Of a stretch of DNA of 19,198 nt, positions 1-9,218 are shown piece after piece. A program made the translations under genes and the position numbers. A model generated the notes under the pieces. It made no database searches. It was not told the DNA's origin and saw only the letters and a program-made list of their open reading frames with translations. Location: NCBI GenBank assembly GCA_046758705.1, contig JBHIAT010000059.1, positions 1 to 19,198 of the forward strand. Direction: 5' to 3'. This DNA is from Candidatus Bipolaricaulia bacterium. GTDB lineage: Bacteria; Bipolaricaulota; Bipolaricaulia; JBHIAT01. Positions within the stretch are counted from its first letter, which is position 1; each line of letters begins with the position of its first letter.

Positions 1-549
1 GAGCAGGAGCAGGAGCAGGAGTCCGACTCGCGCATCAGCGAGCTGGAGGCGGAGCTTGAGGAACGCCAGCGCAAGATCGACGCCTACGTCGATCGCATCC
101 AGCATCTTCAGGCGGACTTCGAGAACTACAAGAAGCGCAACCGACGGGATCAACAGCGGTTCGCTGAGCAGCTTGAATCCCGGATCTTGCTGGAGATCCT
201 TCCGATCTACGATAATCTGGAGCGAGCCTTCCGTAGCTACAACCATAACGAGGACAAGGATTCGTTCGTCGAGGGGATGGAGCGGATCTTCAGCCAATTC
301 AGCGACTTCCTCACCCGCAAAGGGGTCCGGCCGATCGAGACGGTGGGGAATCGGTTCGACCCGGCCAAGCACGAGGCGCTCATGACCGTCGAGACCGATC
401 AATATGAGCCAAACACCGTCCTGGAAGAGTTCGAACGTGGCTACTATCGGAGCGACATGGTCCTGCGGCCGAGCCGGGTCAAGGTGAGCAAGCGGCCGGT
501 GGAGGTCCAAAATTCGAAAGATGAAGATGAAGATGGAGGTGAACCGTAG
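1..549 (+). CDS. grpE: Nucleotide exchange factor GrpE, 5'-truncated by the window edge
   Basis: Frame 1 is open from base 1 ([21 protein letters not shown]...[11 protein letters not shown]...[14 protein letters not shown]...FDPAKHEAL...GY...[11 protein letters not shown]). These are GrpE motifs, and the gene is directly upstream of dnaK. The ORF-track start at 187 is internal. Confidence 0.96.
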   Translation, partial: EQEQEQESDSRISELEAELEERQRKIDAYVDRIQHLQADFENYKKRNRRDQQRFAEQLESRILLEILPIYDNLERAFRSYNHNEDKDSFVEGMERIFSQFSDFLTRKGVRPIETVGNRFDPAKHEALMTVETDQYEPNTVLEEFERGYYRSDMVLRPSRVKVSKRPVEVQNSKDEDEDGGEP

Positions 550-553
550 GAAG

Positions 554-2416
554 ATGGCTAAAGAAAAAATCATCGGTATTGACTTAGGAACGACAAACTC
601 TTGTGCTGCAATTATCGAGGGCGGAGAGTCCGAAGTCATCCCCAACGCGGAGGGAGGCCGGGTCACACCCTCGGTCGTTAGCTTCACCGACGGTGAGATC
701 CTGGTCGGGGAGGTGGCCAAGCGTCAGGCGATCACCAATCCCAACCGGACGGTCCGATCGATCAAGCGGCACATGGGGGAAGACTACCCGGTCAAGGTGG
801 ACGGCAATAAGTACGCGCCTGAGGAGATCTCCGCCCATATCCTGGGGAAGATCAAGCGGGACGCTGAGGCGTATTTGGGCGGCAAGATTGACAAGGTGGT
901 GATCACCGTCCCCGCGTACTTCAACGACAACCAGCGTCAGGCCACCAAGAATGCCGGCAAGATTGCCGGCCTTCAGGTCGAACGGATCATCAATGAGCCG
1001 ACAGCGGCCTCACTGGCCTACGGGCTTGACAAAGACGAGGATCAGACGATCCTCGTCTTTGACCTGGGGGGCGGCACGTTCGACGTCTCCATCCTCGACA
1101 TCGGTGAGGGTGTGTTCGAGGTGGTGGCTACCCACGGTGACACCCATCTCGGTGGCGATGACTTTGACGATCGCGTCATCGACTGGCTGGTGGAGCAATT
1201 CAAGAACAAGGAAGGGATCGATCTCAAGCAAGATCCCAACGCCATGCAACGGCTTAAGGAGGCCGCTGAGGCGGCCAAAAAGGAGCTGTCGTCCAAGAAG
1301 GAGACAGCGATCCACCTGCCTTATATCACCGCTGATCAGAGCGGCCCGAAGCACCTGGAGGAGAAGCTGACCCGAGCCAAGTTCGAGCAGATGATCACCG
1401 ATTATCTTGACCGAACGATGAAGATCATGGATCAGGTGCTCCAGGATGCCAAGATGACCGAAGACGACATCGATCAGATCGTCCTGGTCGGCGGATCGAC
1501 TCGAATGCCCAAGGTTCAGGAGATGCTCATCGAGCGGTTCTCTGAGAGCAAGATCAACAAGGGAATCAATCCCGATGAGGTCGTCGCCGTGGGTGCAGCA
1601 ATCCAGGCCGGTATCCTGGCAGGCGAGGTGGACGACATCGTGCTGTTGGATGTGACGCCGTTGACGCTGAGCATCGAAACTCTCGGTGGGATCGCCACTC
1701 CGTTGATCGAACGTAACACCACCATCCCCACCGAGCGGACGAACACGTTCACCACCGCTGAGGACGGCCAGACGACCGTCGATATCCATGCCGTTCAGGG
1801 CGAGCGGAAGATGGCCGCCAACAACCGCAGCCTCGGCCGGTTCCAGCTCACCGGCATCCTGCCGGCGCCGCGTGGCATCCCCCAGATCGACGTCACCTTC
1901 AAGATCGACGTCAACGGCATCCTGCAGGTGGAGGCCAAGGATAAAGCGACCGGCAAGTCCCAGAGTATCACCATCAAGGAGACCTCCCGACTCACCGAGG
2001 AGGAGATCGAGCGGATGAGACAGGAAGCCGAGGAGCATGAGGAGGAGGACAAGCTCAAGGCCGAGGAAGTGGAGACCCGCAACCAGGCCGATCAGCTGAT
2101 CTACGCCACCGAGAAGAGTCTGAACGAGCACGGCGAGGTGCTGAGCGACGATGAGCGCAACGAGATTCGGGCGAAGATCGATCAGCTCCAGGAAATGCTC
2201 GATCGCGACGCCGACGTTGCCGATCTGAGACGGGGCATCGAGGAGTTGTCCGAAGTGTCCTATCGCCTCGCCGAGGAGATGTACAAGCAGGCCTCCGAGT
2301 CCCAGGCCAACGGCGAGGACACCGGAGCAGAGGCAGAGGCAGAGGCTGAGCCGGAGGGCCAAAAGAAGGACAAGGACGATGGGGACGATTACATCGAGGC
2401 CGAGTATGAAGACTAA
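554..2416 (+). CDS. dnaK: Hsp70 chaperone DnaK
   Basis: Motifs [66 protein letters not shown]. Start moved to ATG 554 ([10 protein letters not shown]), which follows SD GGAGGTGA at 535-542. Confidence 0.99.
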   Translation: MAKEKIIGIDLGTTNSCAAIIEGGESEVIPNAEGGRVTPSVVSFTDGEILVGEVAKRQAITNPNRTVRSIKRHMGEDYPVKVDGNKYAPEEISAHILGKIKRDAEAYLGGKIDKVVITVPAYFNDNQRQATKNAGKIAGLQVERIINEPTAASLAYGLDKDEDQTILVFDLGGGTFDVSILDIGEGVFEVVATHGDTHLGGDDFDDRVIDWLVEQFKNKEGIDLKQDPNAMQRLKEAAEAAKKELSSKKETAIHLPYITADQSGPKHLEEKLTRAKFEQMITDYLDRTMKIMDQVLQDAKMTEDDIDQIVLVGGSTRMPKVQEMLIERFSESKINKGINPDEVVAVGAAIQAGILAGEVDDIVLLDVTPLTLSIETLGGIATPLIERNTTIPTERTNTFTTAEDGQTTVDIHAVQGERKMAANNRSLGRFQLTGILPAPRGIPQIDVTFKIDVNGILQVEAKDKATGKSQSITIKETSRLTEEEIERMRQEAEEHEEEDKLKAEEVETRNQADQLIYATEKSLNEHGEVLSDDERNEIRAKIDQLQEMLDRDADVADLRRGIEELSEVSYRLAEEMYKQASESQANGEDTGAEAEAEAEPEGQKKDKDDGDDYIEAEYED

Positions 2417-2474
2417 CTCCAGCTGAATAAGGAGTTCCTGAGCCTGAAGGATAAAGGTAAGGATAGAGGATACG

Positions 2475-3587
2475 ATGGCCAAACGGGACTACTATGAAGT
2501 TCTGGGTGTCGCCCGGGACGCCTCCGAGAAAGAGATCAAAAAGGCTTATCGCCAGCTTGCCAAAAAGTACCATCCCGACATGGGAGAGGGGGCGGCTGAC
2601 GAGGAGCGGTTCAAGGAGGCGACCGAGGCCTACGAGGTCCTCTCGGATCCAAACCAGCGCGCCCAGTACGATCGGTTCGGTCACACCGGACCGGAGCAGG
2701 GGTTCGACTTCGGTGAGATGGACTTCAGACGCGCCCGGGAAGCGTTCGATGAGTTCGGCTTCGGACGCAGCGCCTTCGACGACCTGTTCGATATGTTCTT
2801 CGGTCAGGGGATGGGGCGGAGCCGGACCCAGGGACGTACAACCCAGGCGCAGCGGGGCGAAGATCTGGAGTACAGGCTGAAGATCAACCTCGAGGATGCG
2901 GCGTCCGGCACCAAGATGAAGGTGACCGTCCCCCGCTACGAGCGCTGCTCCCGTTGTGAGGGCACCGGGGCCGAGCCCGGCCACGGGGTGACCCGTTGTC
3001 CCCAGTGTGACGGCCGAGGACAGGTCGAATACCGGCAGAACACGTTGCTCGGCAGCTTCATCAACGTTCAGATCTGTCCAGACTGCGGTGGATCAGGAGA
3101 GGTCGTCGAGGTCCCCTGCAAGCGATGCCACGGGGAGGGACGGGTCAAGAAGAAGGATCGTATCTCGATCACCATCCCGGCTGGAGTCGCAGATGGCTCA
3201 CGCCTGCGGTTGAGGAAACGGGGCAACACCGGACGGGCTGGAGGCCCCCCGGGTGACCTGTATATCGTGACCGAGATCGCTCCCCACCCGACCTTCACGC
3301 GGAGCGGGGACGATATCACCTGTGAGGTGTCGATCCAGTTCACTCAGGCAGCCCTCGGTGACACGATCCAGGTCCCGACGCTCAACGGCCAGAGGAAGTT
3401 GCATATCCCGTCGGGCACTCAATCGGGAGTGACCTTCAAGCTCCGCGGCGAAGGCATCCCTCACCTGCAGCGTCGAGGCAAGGGGGATCAATACGTGGTG
3501 GTGCGGATCATCACCCCCAAGAAGTTGACCTCGAAGCAACAGAAGTTGTTGCAAGAGCTCGCTCAGGCTCTAGAAGAAGGGAAATAA
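2475..3587 (+). CDS. dnaJ: Class A J-domain chaperone DnaJ
   Basis: J domain with HPD, G/F-rich region, four CxxCxGxG repeats ([32 protein letters not shown]), and C-terminal GDLY / GDQY motifs. Confidence 0.98.
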   Translation: MAKRDYYEVLGVARDASEKEIKKAYRQLAKKYHPDMGEGAADEERFKEATEAYEVLSDPNQRAQYDRFGHTGPEQGFDFGEMDFRRAREAFDEFGFGRSAFDDLFDMFFGQGMGRSRTQGRTTQAQRGEDLEYRLKINLEDAASGTKMKVTVPRYERCSRCEGTGAEPGHGVTRCPQCDGRGQVEYRQNTLLGSFINVQICPDCGGSGEVVEVPCKRCHGEGRVKKKDRISITIPAGVADGSRLRLRKRGNTGRAGGPPGDLYIVTEIAPHPTFTRSGDDITCEVSIQFTQAALGDTIQVPTLNGQRKLHIPSGTQSGVTFKLRGEGIPHLQRRGKGDQYVVVRIITPKKLTSKQQKLLQELAQALEEGK

Positions 3588-3611
3588 CGATCGGGGCGGG
3601 ATCCTATCTGC

Positions 3612-4202
3612 TCAGGGGCGAAGCAGGGTGTGCAGCTTGTCTTTGAGCTGTTCCAATGCCCGAGCGCGATGGCTGATCCGGTCCTTGACGTTTGGGCCGA
3701 GCTCGGCCAAAGTCCGGTCATAACCTTCGGGAACAAACAACGGGTCGTAACCAAAGCCTCCATCCCCTCGAGGCGCCTCGGCAATCCTGCCGTGCAGTTC
3801 ACCCTTGGCTACCCACTCGCGACCGTCGGGGAAAGATAGCACGGCCACGGAGCGAAACCGGGCCCGTCTCGATCCGGCCCCCTGCATCAGGGCGAGTAGT
3901 TTGCGATTGTTCTCGGCATCGGTCGCCCCCTCGCCCGAAAACCGGGAGGAGCGAATCCCCGGCCGGCCGCCGAGCGCCTCGACTTTCAGGCCCGAATCGT
4001 CGGCCAGCACGGTCATCCCCACCTCTGCCTTGATGTTACGCGCCTTCTGAGCCGCGTTCTCATAGAAGCTACGTCCGTCTTCCCGGACGGACGAAAAGTC
4101 GTGCTCCCGGTAGGTGAGCAGCTTGAGTCCCTCCAAATCGGAAAGAATACGGCGTATCTCCCGGATCTTCCCGTCGTTCTTCGTCCCCAACAAGATCTCC
4201 AT
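3612..4202 (-). CDS. rdgB: RdgB/HAM1 non-canonical purine NTP (dITP/XTP) pyrophosphatase
   Basis: Motifs TKNDGKIRE, ENAAQKA, ADDSGL..EALGGRPGIRSSRF, GFGYDPLF and the ISHR signature. Confidence 0.96.
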   Translation of the reverse strand: MEILLGTKNDGKIREIRRILSDLEGLKLLTYREHDFSSVREDGRSFYENAAQKARNIKAEVGMTVLADDSGLKVEALGGRPGIRSSRFSGEGATDAENNRKLLALMQGAGSRRARFRSVAVLSFPDGREWVAKGELHGRIAEAPRGDGGFGYDPLFVPEGYDRTLAELGPNVKDRISHRARALEQLKDKLHTLLRP

Positions 4203-4210
4203 CCTGATCT

Positions 4211-4239
4211 ATCGTACACGGGGATCGAGAGAAGAACAA
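4211..4239 (-). promoter_or_regulatory. Putative sigma70 promoter for rdgB (TTGTTC-N17-TACGAT), probably giving a leaderless or near-leaderless mRNA
   Basis: On the minus strand, -35 is at 4234-4239 and -10 at 4211-4216 with a 17-nt spacer. Only 8 nt separate the -10 from ATG 4202. Confidence 0.5.
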
Positions 4240-4240
4240 G

Positions 4241-4269
4241 TTGAAATTTAACCTCCATCGCCCTATATT
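4241..4269 (+). promoter_or_regulatory. Putative sigma70 promoter for the Nudix gene (TTGAAA-N17-TATATT)
   Basis: TTGAAA at 4241-4246 and TATATT at 4264-4269 are each 5/6 consensus with a 17-nt spacer, ending 14 nt before ATG 4284. Confidence 0.65.
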
Positions 4270-4283
4270 CGGGGAGATGCGTC

Positions 4284-4856
4284 ATGGATATCCAGAGTCG
4301 GATAACGGTCGAAACGATCCGGGATGTGCTCGCCCGTGAGAAGAAGCGTCGTCTCGGAGGGGGCGATCTGAAGCCCTCGGCGGTTCTCTTTCCGATGTTC
4401 GAGCGAGACGGCCAGCTGTGCATGCTGTTCACCCAACGGACCGAGACGGTCGCTCACCACAAAGGTCAGATCTCGTTCCCGGGCGGTGTGCAAGATCCGG
4501 AGGATGAGACGCTCCTTGAGACTGCGTTGCGAGAGGCCCACGAGGAGATCGGGCTCCGTTCCGAGGATGTGGAGCTCCTCGGGGAGTTGGACGATGTCTT
4601 AACCGTCTCCTCCGGATTTGTGATCACCCCGTTCGTGGGGCTCATCCCCTGGCCGTACCGGTTTCAGGTGAACCAGCGGGAGGTGGCGCAGCTGATTGAG
4701 GTCCCGGCTGCGGCGCTGGTCGATGAGCGTCGCTTTCGGGTGGAAGTTTGGGCATCACACGAAGTCTACTTTTATGAGTACCAGAGCTATACGATCTGGG
4801 GGGCGACCGCCCACATCCTCAAAAGATTTTTCGATCGGATCGGGGATGCGTTATAA
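4284..4856 (+). CDS. Nudix hydrolase, CoA pyrophosphatase (NudL/PCD1-like) subfamily
   Basis: SAVL, LFTQRT..VAHHKGQISFPGG (NuCoA motif), Nudix box GGVQDPEDETLLETALREAHEEIG, C-terminal IWGATA. Confidence 0.9.
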   Translation: MDIQSRITVETIRDVLAREKKRRLGGGDLKPSAVLFPMFERDGQLCMLFTQRTETVAHHKGQISFPGGVQDPEDETLLETALREAHEEIGLRSEDVELLGELDDVLTVSSGFVITPFVGLIPWPYRFQVNQREVAQLIEVPAAALVDERRFRVEVWASHEVYFYEYQSYTIWGATAHILKRFFDRIGDAL

Positions 4857-4861
4857 ACTGT

Positions 4862-6868
4862 CTATGTAGCAGTTTCTTCATCGGGCTTGATGTCCAACCC
4901 TAACACATATCGGTTCATCCAATCGAGAAGCACCTGGTTCTGGACACGGCGGACAATGGGTGCGCCTGCGATTGATCCAACATGGGGGCTTTTCGGGAGG
5001 CGCACCATCTCCACGATACAGCCGCTTGCCTTGAGTACGGCGTAAAATTGTTCCGATTGTTCCGCCGGGCAGCGATAATCGGCCTCGCCCTGCACCAACA
5101 GGACAGGCGTCTTACAGCGATGCGCATAGGTGATCGGTGAGCAGCGCTGGTAAACCTCGGGAATCTCATGCGGTCGCCCACCCAACTCTTCGACGGCGAA
5201 CCAGGGTCCGATGTCGCTGACGCCGTAGAAACTGACCCAGTTGGTGACCGGGTTCTCTGGCACGGCCGCCTTAAAACGATCCGTCTGCCCCACGATCCAG
5301 CACGTCAGATTGCCACCGCCAGAGAGGCCGCAGCATCCAAGCCGATCCGGGTCGGCAATTCCCTTCTCGATCGCGAAATCGACGCCGGCCATCAGGTCCT
5401 TATAGTCCAGATTGCCCCAATCACCAATGATCTGGGTGGCAAACTCGTCCCCATAGCCGGTCGATCCACGCTGGTTGATGAGCAACACCGCATAGCCGGC
5501 GCCGGCCAACATCTGAAAATCGAAGGAGAAGATGTGGCCAAAGCCGGAATGGGGTCCACCGTGAATGTACAGAACCGTCGGGTAAGGTGGTTTCCCTACA
5601 GGCGGTTTCAACATCCAGCCTTCAACCTGTACTCCATCGGTACTTGGGAACAATAGGCGCTCAACGGTCGGGAGGTCCCGCTCCGCAAGCAGATCGGCGT
5701 TGAGCCGGCTGAGTTGTCGCTCGTGGGCTCCGTCCAGTTCGGTGATGAAAAGATTCACGGGATTGTCGAGGGTGCTGCCGGCGAAAAGCAGATGCCTGTC
5801 ATCCGTGTCCAGTGGAATACACGAGCGCTCACCGGCCACCACCGGAGCCGAGGACTCGGGTCCGGTCAGGGCAACCCGGTGGATCTGAATCGTCCCGCCA
5901 TCCTGAACCTGCACGTAAGCTGTTGTGCCATCCCTGGTCACCAGAATTTCAGGGGCAACCAAGTTCTCCAAGAGCGCCGGCATATCGGGCTGTAAGCGTC
6001 CACCCACCCCGAACTTGAGATCTGGTGTACGACCTTCGGGTTCGCTCCCGTTTCTGTCGATCACCCACAGGTCGTACTTCGATCCAATTGGACGGTCAAG
6101 CGGTTTTCCGACGAAAACGGTTCGCTCGCCATCCGGCATCCAGGCGGCGGACAGGACATGACCCCAATCCCCAACAATTTCGCGAACCTTTCCATCCAGA
6201 TTCACCACCCGAAGCTTGGGGTGGTAAACCTGATGCGAATCCGGTGGCAACGCTGCGGTAAACAGAACCTCTTGTCCATCCGGCGACCAACGCGGTGCAC
6301 CGTTCTGATAGCCGTCGCTTGTCAGTTGTTGGGGTTCTCCCCCTTCGGCGGGGATCACATAGATATCCTGGACAACGTTGCCCAGGTACCCGACCTGATC
6401 GAACCGGTAGATGTGGCGCGTGGCCCGATAAGGCTTTTCCAGATCAAGTGGCTCAACGGCTGGTCCTGCGGTAAAGGCGATGTGCTTCCCATCGGGTGAC
6501 CAAACGGGACCGCCACTGACCCCCTGTTCCATAGAGGTCAGGGCCTGAGCTTCCCCGCCGTCCACCGGCATCCGATAGATTTGAGGCTTGTCCTTGTCAC
6601 CCCGGGTCGAGAGAAAGGCAATCTGCTTGCCATCCGGCGACCACTGGGGATTTGAGTCTCGGGTCGATCCTGAGGTGAGTTGGCGTGAGACGCCGGTCTC
6701 CAGCGACAAAAGCCAGCGGGTGACGTATTCCTCCTCCTTGTCGGCGTCTGTATGGGAGACGGCGTAAGCAATCGTTTTCCCATCCGGAGAGAGCTTCGCT
6801 CCCTGCAGGAACTTAAGACGGAACAAATCTGCGGGTTGGACCGTTCGGAGTTCTTTCGTCTCGTTCAT
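4862..6868 (-). CDS. S9-family (acylaminoacyl / dipeptidyl peptidase-like) serine peptidase with N-terminal beta-propeller
   Basis: Repeated SPDG (PD40/TolB-like) motifs, IHGGPH, NQRGSTGYG, nucleophile elbow GLSGGG, Asp in GEADYRCP, His in PKSPHVG. No obvious signal peptide. Confidence 0.93.
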   Translation of the reverse strand: MNETKELRTVQPADLFRLKFLQGAKLSPDGKTIAYAVSHTDADKEEEYVTRWLLSLETGVSRQLTSGSTRDSNPQWSPDGKQIAFLSTRGDKDKPQIYRMPVDGGEAQALTSMEQGVSGGPVWSPDGKHIAFTAGPAVEPLDLEKPYRATRHIYRFDQVGYLGNVVQDIYVIPAEGGEPQQLTSDGYQNGAPRWSPDGQEVLFTAALPPDSHQVYHPKLRVVNLDGKVREIVGDWGHVLSAAWMPDGERTVFVGKPLDRPIGSKYDLWVIDRNGSEPEGRTPDLKFGVGGRLQPDMPALLENLVAPEILVTRDGTTAYVQVQDGGTIQIHRVALTGPESSAPVVAGERSCIPLDTDDRHLLFAGSTLDNPVNLFITELDGAHERQLSRLNADLLAERDLPTVERLLFPSTDGVQVEGWMLKPPVGKPPYPTVLYIHGGPHSGFGHIFSFDFQMLAGAGYAVLLINQRGSTGYGDEFATQIIGDWGNLDYKDLMAGVDFAIEKGIADPDRLGCCGLSGGGNLTCWIVGQTDRFKAAVPENPVTNWVSFYGVSDIGPWFAVEELGGRPHEIPEVYQRCSPITYAHRCKTPVLLVQGEADYRCPAEQSEQFYAVLKASGCIVEMVRLPKSPHVGSIAGAPIVRRVQNQVLLDWMNRYVLGLDIKPDEETAT

Positions 6869-9210
6869 AAAATCCTCGGCACCAGGCGCAGGACGGATCG
6901 GGTGACCCGTTCCACCTCCGACTGCGACCAGGCGATGGGCACCCCTTCACCACGTTGCCACAGGGGAAGCAGGTCATCGTAGTGGGGCGAAACGGGGTTG
7001 CCGGACTGACCGCCGGGCAGTACGAACCGGCTCGCTTCCCAGTTCCCTACATCAACGACCATTCGCAACGAGGCGATGGCGGCGGGATTGGCTGTGGGAG
7101 CGATTGGATCCGTGGCCGCCTGGCCGACGGTGTTGGCATCGCCACCCCAGGGGAAGGGCCCCAGGTTGAACACCCGGTCGAGGGCTGCTCGCTCTCCCAC
7201 CGGGTGGCGCAGGGTCAGTGGCCGGATGTGCCCCCAGGCCCATTGGCGAGGGTCGTCGCCATAGTCCTGCCTCAGGGTCCGGATGATCGTGGTCAAGGCA
7301 TCCGCCATCTCCTGCGGCCAGGGCCGCTCAAACCACCCTTCCGGTTGCTCCCGGAGGAGGCGGACCAGGTGACCGACGCGTCGCACGGTGAAGAGAGAAT
7401 ATGGGACGAGCGGGGTAAAACCCGTGCCGAGGGCCCATTGTGTAGCACGCGGAGCCTTGGTCTCCACCATCCGCCGGACCATCTCAGTCACGAAGAGTTC
7501 AAAGATGGTGGCGGCCGGAGAGCCGGCTGTCACCACGCCGCCCCAGGTCTCCAGCAAGGCGAGGGCGTTGCGGGCTTCATCGGTCTCGGCGGGTGTGGCC
7601 AGGACGATGTCATGCAACTCACGCCAGGGGAGGGATTTTTGGTCCATCTGGAGTGCCTGTACACTGGCCAGATCCCAGTCATGGCGGCCATCGAGCGCTT
7701 CCACGATGCGAGCCAGACGATAGCCGTCAATCCAGTCTACTCCCAGGAATGGGTCCTCATCTTCGGGGGTTGGCCGGGTGTTGGCGCTAGCGACGAAGCC
7801 GGTTTCTGGATTGGCCAGGTGAGGCATCTTATTAAAGGGGATTGGAGCGTTTTCCCATCCGACCTCCGGGTCCCACCCTGGGAGTGGGATAGTTCCCCAT
7901 CCCTTCCGCCGTTGCGGGGCCTCGCCCACCAGCTGCCAACCGACGGTGCCGGAGGTGTCCGCGTAGACCATGTTGAACGATGCGAATGGCCATTCTGCGA
8001 GAGCACGCCGGAACGCTTCAAAGCTACGCGCACGGTGAATCTGAAAGAACCCCTTCGCCGGCCGAGGGTCCAGCCAGGTGGCGCGCAGGGAGATTGCCCC
8101 GACCTCGCCCTCCAGCGCCGGGCCGATGATGGGACCTCGGGGGGTAACCAAAACCTCCTCCTCGACGGTTTCCCCACCCTTAACCCGGATGATTTCCAGC
8201 CGGGTTTCGCAACGGACAAATTGGTCGCCCTCTCGGATGCTCCGTCCGTCGGGACCGATCTCTTCGATGAACAGGTCGGTGTTGTCCAACAGGCCAGCGG
8301 TCACTCCCCAGGCGGCGGTGTCGTTGTGGCCCACGAAGAAGCCTGGGACTCCGATAAAGGCGGCCCCAGCGACGGCCCAGTCAGGCGTGCGGACGTGAGC
8401 CAGGTACCAATGTGGGGGAAGGGCAGGGGCAAGGTGAGGGTCGTTGGCCAGAAGGGCTCGCCCTGTGGCGGTGTGGGACGGGGCAATGGCCCAGTTGTTC
8501 GACCCGCCGCCCTGGCCGACGGTTGCCGTGAAAACGGCCAGATCCTCGGCCAGTCGGTCGACCGTGCTACCAGCGAGTGCAGTAGGTGGGGATGTGACGG
8601 GGAGCCATTCCGGATATGCGGGGTCAAGAGCCGCCAACGCCTCAGGCCCATCTTCGCTGAGGATCTTGAGGCGCGCCAGTTCGATGTCCCAGTTGGAGGC
8701 CAGGGTGAAGGACAACAGTTTGCCCACCGCCAGGACGTCGGCGGCGCGGTACGGGGTGGACTGGGTTCGTAGCAGGGTGAACTCGTGGGCTGGTCGGCGG
8801 CATCCTCGCTTCGCGCCATCGGTGACCCCTCGAGCATAGGCCGCTAGTGTTTGACGGTTCTCGTCGTCGAGAGCTTCCAACTGTTGTTCGGCGGCGTTGT
8901 GGAAACCAATCCGTCGAGACAGACGATCCAGAGGGAGCGCCTCAGGACCAATGAGCTCAGCCAAGGTGCCACGCGTGACGCGGAGCAGTCCTTCGATCTG
9001 AAACGCGCGGTCCTGTCCGTGACAGAACCCGAGACCGTACCAGGCGTCCTCATCCCGTTCCGTTTCAATGTAGGGGATGCCGTAGCGATCACGCCGGATC
9101 AATACCGGTTGATTGATGCCGGGGATCTTCAGAGTGCCGGTGGTGATAGGGAGACGGCGGCCAAGCAGCAGACGGAACAGTAGGCGGGGGATGTTCATTG
9201 GGATCTCCAT
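6865..9210 (-). CDS. Penicillin acylase family (S45) Ntn-hydrolase
   Basis: RDRYGIPYI, GFCHGQDRAFQ, beta-chain start SNNW (Ser codon 8500-8502), ANDPHL, GHN..AWG, NMVYAD, SAN, GGQSG.P.SPHYDD. The start is either ATG 9210 or ATG 9198 (preceded by GGAG). The stop overlaps the S9 start (ATGA at 6865-6868). Confidence 0.94.
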   Translation of the reverse strand: MEIPMNIPRLLFRLLLGRRLPITTGTLKIPGINQPVLIRRDRYGIPYIETERDEDAWYGLGFCHGQDRAFQIEGLLRVTRGTLAELIGPEALPLDRLSRRIGFHNAAEQQLEALDDENRQTLAAYARGVTDGAKRGCRRPAHEFTLLRTQSTPYRAADVLAVGKLLSFTLASNWDIELARLKILSEDGPEALAALDPAYPEWLPVTSPPTALAGSTVDRLAEDLAVFTATVGQGGGSNNWAIAPSHTATGRALLANDPHLAPALPPHWYLAHVRTPDWAVAGAAFIGVPGFFVGHNDTAAWGVTAGLLDNTDLFIEEIGPDGRSIREGDQFVRCETRLEIIRVKGGETVEEEVLVTPRGPIIGPALEGEVGAISLRATWLDPRPAKGFFQIHRARSFEAFRRALAEWPFASFNMVYADTSGTVGWQLVGEAPQRRKGWGTIPLPGWDPEVGWENAPIPFNKMPHLANPETGFVASANTRPTPEDEDPFLGVDWIDGYRLARIVEALDGRHDWDLASVQALQMDQKSLPWRELHDIVLATPAETDEARNALALLETWGGVVTAGSPAATIFELFVTEMVRRMVETKAPRATQWALGTGFTPLVPYSLFTVRRVGHLVRLLREQPEGWFERPWPQEMADALTTIIRTLRQDYGDDPRQWAWGHIRPLTLRHPVGERAALDRVFNLGPFPWGGDANTVGQAATDPIAPTANPAAIASLRMVVDVGNWEASRFVLPGGQSGNPVSPHYDDLLPLWQRGEGVPIAWSQSEVERVTRSVLRLVPRIL

Positions 9211-9218
9211 CGACGATA

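Noticed and set aside
521-553. N-terminal extension [11 protein letters not shown] on DnaK
   Set aside because: The ATGs come from the AAGATG repeat inside grpE. SD position and homology support ATG 554.
2415-2436. AACTCC-N10-GGAGTT inverted repeat after dnaK
   Set aside because: It has only a 6-bp stem and no U-tract, and it does not match CIRCE (TTAGCACTC-N9-GAGTGCTAA). Too weak to call.
1010-2482. 490-aa ORF antisense to dnaK
   Set aside because: Long antisense ORFs opposite hsp70 genes are a known codon-bias shadow. It has no recognisable motifs.
3588-3611. Possible bidirectional terminator between convergent dnaJ and rdgB
   Set aside because: Only a GATC...GATC 4-bp pairing, with no U-tracts.
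6955-8772. 605-aa ORF antisense to the S45 acylase
   Set aside because: It is a shadow of a GC-rich gene, with G/R/P-rich non-protein-like composition and no motifs.
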